Below are positions 10,888 to 21,325 of a stretch of 64,000 nt of DNA, one piece after another (within the stretch, counting starts at the first letter, position 1; each line of letters opens with the position of its first letter). Position numbers and translations under genes: made by a program. The stretch lies in contig JAVRCJ020000004.1 of NCBI GenBank assembly GCA_034530875.2, positions 160,001 through 224,000 of the forward strand. The letters are read 5' to 3'. Source of the DNA: Nostoc sp. DedSLP01 (GTDB lineage: Bacteria > Cyanobacteriota > Cyanobacteriia > Cyanobacteriales > Nostocaceae). The notes under the pieces were generated by a model. That model was not told the origin of the DNA and ran no database searches. It was given only the letters and a program-made list of their open reading frames with translations.

Positions 10888-11613
10888 TCAAATTTTTAGT
10901 TTTGCCAAACCCAAATAACGGATACCTTCGGGGGAAATATCAAAACGGCAAGGTAATACTTCTAAACCAAGAGCGATCGCTTGCCGTAATAACTTACCAT
11001 ATACAGGGTCAGTGCGATCGCCAGGTGAAAACTCAGTACAATCGCTGCGATTGATAAAATAAAACATCACCGCACGAGTTAAAGGTAACAGTGCCATTAA
11101 TTCTCGCAAGTGCCTTTGTCCTCTAGTAGTTTCCGTATCGGGAAATAAAGCTAATCTCCCGTCACAGAAAGTTGTATTTTTCACTTCTAAATAAATAGGG
11201 CGTTCTTCATCACTTCCCGTCAAGAAAAAATCCACTCGACTTTTATTATCTAGCCCATAAACCACCTCGGTTTTTATGAGATTATATTCGCCCAATTCTG
11301 GAAAAAGACGTTGCGCCAAAGCTAACTTTACCACCCGATTGGGCAAAGCTGTATTCACACCCACCCAAGTCGGGTCGTTGTCATGTACCTGAATTAGTTC
11401 TAAAGTGTAAGCCAATTTCCGGTTTGGGTTATCACTTTTAGAAAGCTGTACCGCACTTAGGGGAGTCGAAACTCCAGTCATCGGTCCTGTATTTGGACAG
11501 TGTGCTGTCACTATCTCGCCAGAAGTTAATTGAACATCTACAAAAAACCGCTTGTAGCGTTTTAGCAGAATACCCGGATATAAAGGCGGGTAACGGTAAA
11601 GCCAATCAATCAT
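10888..11613 (-). CDS. sfsA: DNA/RNA nuclease SfsA
   Basis: KRYKRF, AHCPNTGPM, YLEVKNTT, FPDTETTRGQRHLREL. Confidence 0.95.
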   Translation of the reverse strand: MIDWLYRYPPLYPGILLKRYKRFFVDVQLTSGEIVTAHCPNTGPMTGVSTPLSAVQLSKSDNPNRKLAYTLELIQVHDNDPTWVGVNTALPNRVVKLALAQRLFPELGEYNLIKTEVVYGLDNKSRVDFFLTGSDEERPIYLEVKNTTFCDGRLALFPDTETTRGQRHLRELMALLPLTRAVMFYFINRSDCTEFSPGDRTDPVYGKLLRQAIALGLEVLPCRFDISPEGIRYLGLAKLKI

Positions 11614-11975
11614 TATTAAACAGGGAGTGGGGAGTAGGGAGTGGGGAACTCTCTATTTTCAAAGCAAATCTAAATATACGTCGATTCTTGATTCGTTACC
11701 TCACAAGAGCAAATCTTTTCACTAGGTATTTCCCCATCATCGTATAGAAATCATATTTGAGGGCGTGAAAAAACTCGCCCTCACATCTAATAGCTTGATT
11801 TCCTACTCCCTCCACAAGTAGTCTCACAAAGAAGATAGAATCGCTATATCATGTATTGTCAATTTTTGTAGTCAAATTTACGACAGTTTAATAAAAAGTA
11901 GCATATACTAAGTGTCATAACCCTCCCATAAATAAAAAATCCGGGAGAAATTCAACGTGCAAGGAGGTAAATCCT

Positions 11976-12644
11976 ATGCAAAAACTACGGGGATCAACGG
12001 AATTAGAATACGCTTTTCTGTTCACTTTGAGAAAAGTTAATTCAATTAATGTAGAAGGTTTCAAGCCATTTTTTAGGGATATGCCTATCGATCCTTACAT
12101 CAAAGGTAACTATCGTTCCCGAAGATTATCTCGGTTCATAGTTGCTGAGGATCGGTTAATTAAATTACCCCACGGCTACCTCTTCCAAAGCAAAGACTAC
12201 AATCCACTATTGGGCGATATCAAAAGACACTTTGCAGAATTAGAAGATGGACTTATTGAACTTGATATTTTTAGAGATCTTGTTTTAGCATTTCACGATT
12301 CTTGTAAACTTCATCCGGAAGCGGAAATTGGAGTTCATCAAATTAGAACTATTTGTTCGCCAGATAATTTAGGTAATCCTGCGCCTGAAGGTATCCATAG
12401 AGATGGTACTGATTTTATTGGTATTTTTGCAGTAGATAGAGATAATATTCAAGGTGGAGAAACACATTTATATACTGATAAAAAAGAAAAGCCTGTATTT
12501 AGTAAAATTCTCAATTCGGGAGAACTTTTATTAGTCAACGATCGCGATTTTTTCCACTTCACTACTCCCATCAAACCGGAAATTGAGGCTCAGGGAAGTA
12601 GGGATGTTTTTGTGCTAACTTCTCCTAGCTTACTTACTGACTAA
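11976..12644 (+). CDS. 2OG-Fe(II) dioxygenase (PF10014-like)
   Basis: HQIR, PEGIHRDG (HxD), distal HFTTPI, RDV. Confidence 0.85.
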   Translation: MQKLRGSTELEYAFLFTLRKVNSINVEGFKPFFRDMPIDPYIKGNYRSRRLSRFIVAEDRLIKLPHGYLFQSKDYNPLLGDIKRHFAELEDGLIELDIFRDLVLAFHDSCKLHPEAEIGVHQIRTICSPDNLGNPAPEGIHRDGTDFIGIFAVDRDNIQGGETHLYTDKKEKPVFSKILNSGELLLVNDRDFFHFTTPIKPEIEAQGSRDVFVLTSPSLLTD

Positions 12645-12714
12645 ATTTAGTATCAAATGATTTACAATTAGGAGAAAAATAATCCTAGTTAATTTGTGAA
12701 AACTTTCAGCATTC

Positions 12715-12747
12715 ATATCCCCGCCTTCTTTAAGAAGTCGGGGATAT
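12715..12747. repeat. REP-like palindrome
   Basis: ATATCCCCGCCTTCTT-T-AAGAAGTCGGGGATAT. Confidence 0.55.
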
Positions 12748-12780
12748 AATTTTTCAATAGAACTAATCGGAGTGTTTATT

Positions 12781-14148
12781 ATGAAACTGCCAGAAAGTCC
12801 CCAAACTCCAAAACTTATACAACTGCTTCAGTGGATTTTTAATCCTTTTAAACTGATGGAAACATCTGCAAAGGCGTATGGTGAATGTTTTTCGCTCAAC
12901 CTGACTGGTAATAGCCAAATTGTATTATTTAGTAATCCGCAAGCCATTCAGCAGATTTTTACAGCTCCACTTGAGCAATTAGACGCAAAAGGTTCGGCAC
13001 AACTTTTAAAATCTTTATTGGGTGACAACTCGTTAATCTTGCTATCTGGTGCGCCTCACCAACGCCAGCGGCGATTATTGACTCCACCTTTTCATGGCGA
13101 TCGTATGAAAGCCTACGGTCAAATTATTACTAATATCACTCATGAAGTCATCAGTAAATGGAAAATTGGCGAACCTTTTTCTATCCGTAACTCTATGCAA
13201 GAAATCTCCTTGAGAGTAATTCTCCAAGCTGTATTTGGTCTACATCAGGGAGAACGTTTCGCAAAATTGCAGGAACTATTAAGTGCCGTCCTAGAGTTAT
13301 CTGGTTCCCCCTTGCGTGCTTCCATAACATTTTTCCCCATACTCCAAGTAGATTTAGGTAACTGGAGTCCTTGGGGAAAATATTTGCGCCAAGTGCAGCA
13401 AATTGACAAAATTCTCTACAGCGAGATTCAAGAACGCAGAGATAACCCCGATGCTTCTCGTAGCGATATTCTCTCCTTGATGATGTCGGCGCGTGATGTC
13501 AATGGCGAACCAATGACTGATGTCGAGTTACGCGATGAATTAATGACTTTGTTAGTCGCCGGTCACGAAACCACCGCTTCAGCTTTGACATGGGCAATGT
13601 ATTGGATTCACCATTTGCCAGAAGTCCGAGAAAAGTTGCTAACTGAGTTAGATAATGTTAACGAGAATGCTGATGGAAATGAAATTTCTCGCTTACCTTA
13701 TTTAACAGCGGTATGCCAAGAAACACTCCGCATTTACCCAATTGTCATGCTTACTATTCCGCGGATAGTCAAAACACCGATAGAAATTATGGGCTATCAA
13801 TTGCAACCGGGGACATTGCTAACGGGTTCTATATATTTAATGCATCACCGTGAAGATTTATATCCAGAACCAAATCAGTTTAAGCCTGAGCGATTTTTAC
13901 AACGCCAGTATTCACAATATGAATATTTACCTTTTGGTGGTGGCAATCGTACCTGTATTGGTATGGCGTTTGCCATGTTTGAAATGAAGCTGGTATTAGC
14001 AACGATGTTATCACAAATGAATTTAGCACTAGTTGATAATTATCCAGTTAAACCGAAGCGTCGCGGCGTAACTGTAGGCCCTTCTGGCGGTAAATGGTTA
14101 ATCGCAACCGGTCAGCGACAAAAGGTGAAAACTCCTGTGGGGGTATAA
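12781..14148 (+). CDS. Cytochrome P450 (CYP110-like)
   Basis: AGHETT I-helix, ETLR, PERF, heme motif FGGGNRTCIG. Confidence 0.95.
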   Translation: MKLPESPQTPKLIQLLQWIFNPFKLMETSAKAYGECFSLNLTGNSQIVLFSNPQAIQQIFTAPLEQLDAKGSAQLLKSLLGDNSLILLSGAPHQRQRRLLTPPFHGDRMKAYGQIITNITHEVISKWKIGEPFSIRNSMQEISLRVILQAVFGLHQGERFAKLQELLSAVLELSGSPLRASITFFPILQVDLGNWSPWGKYLRQVQQIDKILYSEIQERRDNPDASRSDILSLMMSARDVNGEPMTDVELRDELMTLLVAGHETTASALTWAMYWIHHLPEVREKLLTELDNVNENADGNEISRLPYLTAVCQETLRIYPIVMLTIPRIVKTPIEIMGYQLQPGTLLTGSIYLMHHREDLYPEPNQFKPERFLQRQYSQYEYLPFGGGNRTCIGMAFAMFEMKLVLATMLSQMNLALVDNYPVKPKRRGVTVGPSGGKWLIATGQRQKVKTPVGV

Positions 14149-14207
14149 TTCGTAATTCGTAATTCGTAATTCGTAATGGACTACGCGCCGCTACGCTAAC
14201 GTAATTA
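14146..14207. repeat. STRR heptamer (TAATTCG)n interrupted by a short insert
   Basis: taattcg x4, then ggactacgcgccgctacgctaa flanked by duplicated cgtaat. Confidence 0.7.
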
Positions 14208-14277
14208 AGAAATTGGGATTTTATTTAGAAGCGATCGCATAAGATAATTCTAGAAAGTGCGATCGCTTTTTGAGTAT

Positions 14278-14946
14278 TTAAGCATTTGCGCCCAGAACAG
14301 AAGAGTCATAGTGCTGTAGCAAATCTTCTGGGTCATCATAAATTACCAGCGCTTGGGATAGTTGTTCGTCGTTAAAGCCACCGCAGCGCAAAGCAATTAC
14401 ACCTACCCCTGCTTTGCCAGCAGACTCAATATCGTAGGGGGAATCTCCTAGCATTACTACTTTATCGGGTGTCATTTGTCCTTTCTGCAAAGCGGCTTGT
14501 ACAATGTCAGGAGCAGGTTTAGAAGCTTCGGCATCATCGGATGTAGTGACTTCCGATAGCAAATCATCTACTTGGGCAATTTTGAGCATAATTTCGAGTT
14601 CTTCAGAACTGGCTGAACTACCAACAACCAAACGCAATCCTGATTTTTGCATTTTTAATATTAAGTTTCTGCTACCATTGGCAGGGGTAATTTGCGGTAT
14701 ATATTTATCAAATAATAATTGTTTGCGAAACTTAGCGATCGCTTTACCAGTTCCTTCTTCACCATTTAATTCTGGTACTACTTTGGGAATAAGTTGATCT
14801 CCACCCATACCCATAAGCGGTCTAACTTTTTCAAATGGCACATCCAAGTCATAAGCTGCAAATGCCTCTACCCAGGAATTTGCATGAACATCATTACTTA
14901 TAACCAACGTGCCATCAATATCTAAAATCACTCCTTCTAATGCCAT
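14278..14946 (-). CDS. HAD-superfamily hydrolase
   Basis: ILDIDGTL, SKPAPD, MLGDSPYD; likely start MALEGV. Confidence 0.92.
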   Translation of the reverse strand: MALEGVILDIDGTLVISNDVHANSWVEAFAAYDLDVPFEKVRPLMGMGGDQLIPKVVPELNGEEGTGKAIAKFRKQLLFDKYIPQITPANGSRNLILKMQKSGLRLVVGSSASSEELEIMLKIAQVDDLLSEVTTSDDAEASKPAPDIVQAALQKGQMTPDKVVMLGDSPYDIESAGKAGVGVIALRCGGFNDEQLSQALVIYDDPEDLLQHYDSSVLGANA

Positions 14947-15169
14947 GAAAAACCTCGCCTGACGTTTGATTTCTATAGCTGATGATGGCATGGCAAAAAA
15001 TTTACTTCATCGTCCCATAAGAAGAGAAGGAGGTTAGAGAAAAGATGGCGATCGCATGAGATACTTTTAAAAAGTACGTAGACACAAAGCAGCTTGTCGC
15101 AAAACTTTGTAATATTAAATACCTTCCTTGATTAATCGACTGCGATCGCTGAAACAAATGAATTTTAAA

Positions 15170-15706
15170 CTAGCTTTGATTTTTCCATTCTTTATAAGCT
15201 GCTAGCCAGTTCAAGGATTGTTTAGGCCCTAATTGTTTTTGTATATCCTCTGCTGAGTTATAAGGACGTTTGGATTCTATTTTTTTTGCGTATTTTTCTC
15301 CTATTCCACGAATTTTAGTAAGAGGAGATTTTGGATTATTCAAAAACTCTACAAAATTTTTTATATCTTCTGAATCAATTACTTTTTCGTTTAATTTTGT
15401 TTGTAAAGCAAATTGTTCAAGAAACTTTTCGACTTCTTGTTTTTTATAAGCTATCAGAAATACCCATATTTCTTCTAAACCGCTCTTTATAGCTGATTCA
15501 TATATCGCTAAACCTGTCACTAGACAAAATTGATCTTCTTCATCTGACAAAGAAACAATGGGAAGCGCTAGATTGTACTTCAAATTTTTTAAGCTCTGGC
15601 TGACTTTAGATAATTCTTTTTGATCGAAATTATTTAATTCAATTTTTGGTGCTTTTATTTGACTTAAAAAAATTTTTCCTGGGCCAGTCTCAAGATTTTT
15701 ATACAT
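15170..15706 (-). CDS. ParB/Srx-like N-terminus plus helix-hairpin-helix domain protein
   Basis: LTKIRGIGEKYAKKI...RPY...DIQKQLG HhH motif; N-term PIV...F.LVTG...Y.SA...GLEEIWVF; starts 3 nt after parA stop. Confidence 0.65.
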   Translation of the reverse strand: MYKNLETGPGKIFLSQIKAPKIELNNFDQKELSKVSQSLKNLKYNLALPIVSLSDEEDQFCLVTGLAIYESAIKSGLEEIWVFLIAYKKQEVEKFLEQFALQTKLNEKVIDSEDIKNFVEFLNNPKSPLTKIRGIGEKYAKKIESKRPYNSAEDIQKQLGPKQSLNWLAAYKEWKNQS

Positions 15707-15709
15707 TAT

Positions 15710-16678
15710 TTAATTTCCCCTTCTACTTTCATCCTGATCGATTCTGTTAATAATTTCTTCTGTTAACTGTGATAATTGTTCAACAGCCTCCTTTTCACTA
15801 CTCGTTCTCTTAGACTCAGACTTTTGTTCCACAAAAACTCGCAGAGGTAGTCTCTTTTCTGAAGCATCAGGAAAGCTTTTTGTTCTTTTAATTTCTGGCA
15901 ATAACTTTGTGCCTAATTGTGCTCTTTCTAGTAGCTGTTTAGCAAAATTGTTAATTTTTATTTTACTAGCAGATGCTTTACCCTTACCGCGTGATGGCTC
16001 TGTCATCATAGGTACGATACCTAAAACTCTGGCTTGTTGTCCCTCCATTTCTTCATGAACACCTCTCTCAATTTCCCTAACTACAGAGCTAACACCATAA
16101 ACTGAAAAATACTCTAATTGAGTAGGTATAATCAAGTAACGAGCAGCATATAAACCATTTAGTGTAGCTGGAGTAATATTTGGAGACGTATCCAATATTA
16201 CATAATCATATTCATTATCAAACTTTTTTAACGCTTTTTTTAGAAGCATTGCAACATTTCCCATTCTGCCAACACGAGAGGTTAACCTGTCTACTTCTTC
16301 CGTACTTCTATAGCTACTAGGAATAACATCTATCCTAACATTAGAAGTAGATGAATTTAGATACTTATTAAATGGTGATATATCTTGTATATAATCTTGA
16401 TATTTAAAATTTTGAGAATAGATATCAGCACTCAAAAAATCTATAATTTCTTTTCTATATTTAAATTCTTCTAATATTTTATTAAATTCATTTAAGCTTT
16501 TAGCTTTATCAAGCTCGTCAGCTTTATTCACTCCTAAGTATAAGCTACTATTTCCTTGATCATCTAAGTCTATTAGAAGAACTTTATTTCCTAACCTTGC
16601 TATTTCGTAGGCAAGATTGACAGATAGAGTTGTTTTACCCACCCCACCCTTAGATGTGTGAATTGCAATGGTACGCAT
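15710..16678 (-). CDS. ParA/Soj family ATPase
   Basis: Deviant Walker A KGGVGKTT, LLIDLDDQGN, YVILDTSP, IIPTQLEYFS. Confidence 0.92.
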   Translation of the reverse strand: MRTIAIHTSKGGVGKTTLSVNLAYEIARLGNKVLLIDLDDQGNSSLYLGVNKADELDKAKSLNEFNKILEEFKYRKEIIDFLSADIYSQNFKYQDYIQDISPFNKYLNSSTSNVRIDVIPSSYRSTEEVDRLTSRVGRMGNVAMLLKKALKKFDNEYDYVILDTSPNITPATLNGLYAARYLIIPTQLEYFSVYGVSSVVREIERGVHEEMEGQQARVLGIVPMMTEPSRGKGKASASKIKINNFAKQLLERAQLGTKLLPEIKRTKSFPDASEKRLPLRVFVEQKSESKRTSSEKEAVEQLSQLTEEIINRIDQDESRRGN

Positions 16679-16805
16679 TTAGTTTTTATATCTTAAAATT
16701 TAACTCGTTTTTTCAAGTTATAAATATATAATATTTATATTATTTTAATAATAAACTATTAATTCATGCCCATCAAGTAAAGATTATATCAAATTTATGT
16801 AAATT

Positions 16806-19661
16806 TTACTTAAAATCAATAACTTTTTGTATAAGCTCTTTACCAATTCGTAATATATGTCCTTCCCAATCAAATACTTCAATATCATAAAATAGACTTG
16901 AACCTTCAAGTTTAATACTAACAAAATAAGGTTGTACTGTTTTGTTTGCAACACCATTAATATACTGTTTTTGTCCAATAGGCTTTGCATTAATCTCGCG
17001 CAGCATACGAATAGGTACAAATGTCTTTTCATCTGTAAGCCGAATAAAACCTTTTCCAAAAGCTACCTTATCAGAAGAATTATCACAAGCTTTTATCTCA
17101 ACTGGAATGCTATCAGTATGCTTTATTAATGAAATAAAAAGATTGTTGTTACTTTTATTTTGATTGCGAATAAATTTTATCAAATAATCATGAATAAGTT
17201 GATAACGATTACTAGGTCTTTCATAAATTAAAAATAGCAAGCCTGAACCTACTAAAATATTTAAAACAAAATCTATTTTTTCCGTTGTTTCATCAGACAG
17301 TGAGACTAAATCATCTCTAGTTCTCAAGGGTCTGGTACTATTTGCATCTGTTAATAGATACAATATTTTTCAGGCAGTATCTTTATTTTTATATCCACAA
17401 TCTGCAATCACTGCCTCAAGTGATTTCTCAACTAATTTTAGTTTAGGATTATCACCAAGGTTTATGTATTTTTTTAGAGTAATAATTTTATCTGCTTGCA
17501 GCTGCATACCAACAATTTGTAATTCAATTGGACGAACTTCTCCCAAATCACATGCTAAATCCTCTACTAATTGTTCAATCAATGCAGGCTCTAAGTAAAA
17601 TCGAGAACGTTTTGTTAAATTTTCTACCACAGCTTTAGCATCAGCTGGTGAAAAATTACCTAAGTTATAGCGAATATTTTTATCGAGAATATTATTATTA
17701 ATTGTAGTTAAATTATACAAACGGTCTAATTCTAATAAATAATGTAAATAATCTTCTCGCAAAGACAGAATTACTTTAACAAAAGGAATATCTAGGCAAA
17801 CTCGCAAAAATTCATAAAAAGCTCGTCTTTGACCTTGCTCTGTATAAACAAAGAAAAACTCCTCGAACTGGTCAAAGATTAAAACCGTCAAAAAATTTCT
17901 GTCGGCATTTTTCCGTAATTGTTCTAAAATAGCTGCCGAAGAATCAAGATTAACAGATAATTGATTACCTCTAAGTTCCTTAAAAGCCTTAGCTAAACTC
18001 TGCCCTAACATTCCTACCCAATCTGTATAAACTCGCAACAAAATAGGTAAAGCATCTCGTTCGCCAATAGCTTGTTGTTGCAGCGCCGGAATTAACCCAC
18101 CTTGTAAAATTGAACTTTTCCCCACTCCTGACTGACCATGAATTACAGTTAATTTATGTTCAGTCCCGCTAATTCTTTCTCGCAATCGCTTAACATCCTG
18201 CTTACGACCAGAAGCAGCAATTTCTTGAGCAATGGTTTCTGGATTTTCAGCTTGCAACTGTGCAGAATTAATTGCCTGTCGCTGGGGATTAAGATAAGAT
18301 GCACCAACAAAAGCGCGGAAACCATACTGTTGTTCTATTTGTAGTTGCTCTTGCTTAATATTAAAAGCAGCTAGATATTCACCTTGCTCAAAGTAAAGTA
18401 AGCGTAACCTCTCTAATATAGATATATATAATTGTGGGTTGTACTGATGATTACTTTCATTTTTCGCACCTTCTAAATTAGAAATTGCTGCTTCAACTTC
18501 ACCTAAACCTTGTTGCGATTTGGCTAAAATAAACCGATATAAAGCAAATTGATGTGATTGCAAATTAGGTATCTCAGCTAATATTTGCAATGCTTGTTCT
18601 GCAAGTTGATTAGCTTCATACCACTGTGACTGCTCTAAGCCAACCTCTGCTAAAAAACCATAATCTTGAGCTAATTGCAACGATGTGCCATACTTTTGAT
18701 GTAGCGGCAGAGATTTATCAATCAAGCTTTGTAACTCTTTCCATGCTTGTAAACGTTGAAGTACTTCGCCCAATTTGGAAATATGTTTTGCAACTAAATC
18801 CCAACGTTGTGCTTGCTCAAAAATATCAATAGCTTGCTGTAGATTACTTTTTGAATCTTGCCAATAGCGTTGATTTTCTGCTTGATTTTTTTCAGCTTGA
18901 CGATTATAAGCTAAAGCAATATTAACGAGTAAAATACCTTGTCGTTCTAAATAATTATTTTGCTGCCAAAAACCCAAACTGATTTGATAATGTTCTAAAG
19001 CAGAATCTATATGGGCATGTAAATAATTATTTAAACCAAGCACAAATTCTAAACTTGCTTCTAGTTCTGGTTCTAATACTTCTTCACGGCTTTGCAAATC
19101 CTGACGAGCAGTTTCTAGTTCCTGGTAGATTTGAGGATTAGGTGTTACATCACTAGTGAAGATATCATCAGTTTTTTGCTTGATAAATTTGACTAATTCA
19201 TACGTAGGATTTTCAAATTCAATGACAGTTGCCCAATTCTCAAAATCAGTCGCTAAACGAATAAATTTTTGCAGAAGAGAATCATTAACCCACAACAATA
19301 TGGGAAACGGAAAGTTTTTTCTAAATTCCTCTCGTACTTGGTTAGCTGAAGTCAAAACTGTATCGATATTTTTAACCGACTCCAAACCAAAAACCATCAA
19401 TGCAGGTGGCTGTTCGTTTCCCAATTGTTGGCGTATATTTGTGTAAAGCGTTTTAACTGATGCCGATAAAGTAATTTCGTGTATTCTTACAGGAGAGATT
19501 TGGTGTAGCTTTTGCACCATACGCTGGCGTAAATCAGCATAATTACAGCGCAATAAAATCAGCGAAAATTCTCCCTGAGAAAGGGTAATTGTTCGCACAA
19601 TAGTTTGCAATGAACGCTCATTGTTAACGGCTAAATTTTCCGATTCGTGCTGATTACTCAT
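16806..19661 (-). pseudogene. TPR-nSTAND1 NTPase with C-terminal retropepsin-like domain, interrupted by an in-frame TGA at 17370-17372
   Basis: ORFs 17370..19661 and 16806..17363 share one frame (KDTA*KILYLLTDANSTRPLRT...RYQLIHDYL); Walker A GQSGVGKSS, Walker B LIFDQFEEFF, TPR helices. Confidence 0.75.
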
Positions 19662-19700
19662 AACATCAATTATTTAGTCGTTTGTCGGTGTGTGTAGGGC

Positions 19701-19856
19701 ACCACAGCTGTGCATTGGTGTCAACTTAAGCCCTGGCGAATAGAATTCGCGGCTACACAGCTTTTGTCCGGATGGTGCACGGACTAACAGAAAATCAAGG
19801 TCTTGAAACCCACGCAGGTGGGTTTTGTTTGTGTAGACGCGGTTTCTAACTGCCCG
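19701..19856. mobile_element. MITE/REP-like insertion between ATPase and STAND genes
   Basis: TAGAATTCGCGGCTACACA ... TGTGTAGACGCGGTTTCTA inverted arms with an internal AAACCCAC-GCAG-GTGGGTTT hairpin. Confidence 0.5.
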
Positions 19857-19862
19857 TTTTGC

Positions 19863-21173
19863 TTATAACCCGAATTCTTTAGTTTCAACCAAAATCGGAT
19901 TGATATCAAACCAAGAACCGTCTTCATTACGGTATTCAAATACAAACATACTGCGAAGCAAAAGTTCGTATCTTTCATGACCTCTTAAGCTTTTCTCTCG
20001 CGCTACTTCGCGCAATACTTCCCATTCATCAGGTGTAATTCCTAAAGTAAACTCGTTGCGGCGTTGTTTAATGACTCTATTTACGCACTCTTGTGATATT
20101 GGTGGGTCTTCTTGTTGAAGACAGCGATACAATAACATCAGCAAATTTCGTAAATGACCGCCGCTAACTAAGCACAGCCTTTCTAAAGTTTTAGGGTTAT
20201 CAAAAACTTCGGTAATTAAATGCTGGCTTTGTTCCCAACTGACGCCAGGAAAAGCCCTAGCCATGACCATTTGTTGCAGTAGTGTAATACCTTGGGAAAA
20301 TTGCGAACCATCCTGTAATTGCACGGGAACCATCGGCAAAACCTTGGGGTCTACGCCAAAGCGATTTGTTAATCTGCCTAAAGCATTGGAAAAAATCAAC
20401 ACCAAGGGAATAGTATAAACAACGTGACAATTTAGTTGATTTAACTGTTCGCCGCGTTCTACAAACAGATATTCTGGTTGATAATAACCGGAAGGTTTTA
20501 AAGAATTATCAATTCGGTCAAGATTATCAACAATTACCACCAATCCTTTTTTGCCTTGCTGCTTGAGTTTTTCTCTCGCAGGCTTGAGTAATTCTTTGTT
20601 GATTGATTCTAAAATGCCATTGGTGCGGGGTTCTAAATATTGTCGCAACTGGCCGCGAAGTTTGGGACTATCTTTAGTTTTGGCAGTAATTTTGGCAATA
20701 CCCACAGACAATTCCGCCTCAACGCCAATATCTAATGGTGTTTGCAAAAATTCAGAAACTTCATGAAACAGATTTTTAAAGTATCCTGGTTTCAGGTTAA
20801 TTTTGATTGCTTCCAGACTTTGACTGACTTCACGAGCTACTGCCAATAAAATATCTGTAACGTCAATATCAGCCATATCCAAGCTTTGGCTAGACTCAAA
20901 ATAAACCGTATGAAAGCCCTGCTGTTCTAACTCTGCCTTTAACCGCAGTAATTCAGTAGACTTACCACAGCCGATATGTCCGGTAAATAATTGACAGGTA
21001 GGTTCTTCCGGCGAAAGGCGAGTAATAGTCCGCCCAAGTTCCTCGATAATTCTGGCGCCACGTACTTTGGAAAAATCAATATAATACTGCCTATCTTCCG
21101 GTTTGCTCGTTACCAGAGTCTTGGCAGGGTTGCAAGCCTGAAAAAACCTGACTAAATCTAGTTTCATCACCAA
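19863..21173 (-). CDS. P-loop ATPase (AAA/KAP-like) partner of the STAND gene
   Basis: LFTGHIGCGKSTEL Walker A, VVIVDNLDR Walker B, SGGHLRNLL, WFDINP. Confidence 0.88.
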   Translation of the reverse strand: MVMKLDLVRFFQACNPAKTLVTSKPEDRQYYIDFSKVRGARIIEELGRTITRLSPEEPTCQLFTGHIGCGKSTELLRLKAELEQQGFHTVYFESSQSLDMADIDVTDILLAVAREVSQSLEAIKINLKPGYFKNLFHEVSEFLQTPLDIGVEAELSVGIAKITAKTKDSPKLRGQLRQYLEPRTNGILESINKELLKPAREKLKQQGKKGLVVIVDNLDRIDNSLKPSGYYQPEYLFVERGEQLNQLNCHVVYTIPLVLIFSNALGRLTNRFGVDPKVLPMVPVQLQDGSQFSQGITLLQQMVMARAFPGVSWEQSQHLITEVFDNPKTLERLCLVSGGHLRNLLMLLYRCLQQEDPPISQECVNRVIKQRRNEFTLGITPDEWEVLREVAREKSLRGHERYELLLRSMFVFEYRNEDGSWFDINPILVETKEFGL

Positions 21174-21325
21174 TTACCCGATATCAGCTTGGCACTCTTG
21201 CCCATTTCAGTGATTATACAGAGTACAAAGCTGCTATTTCGGATAATTGGCGTCACAATTCCCAATGTGTTTGGTTAAGGCACCAGACGCGATAAATCGG
21301 CGTCTCAATCAAAATATTTTATTTA

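Noticed and set aside
17370..17372. Selenocysteine recoding of the in-frame TGA
   Set aside because: Context suggests Trp rather than Cys, and no SECIS-like hairpin is evident downstream
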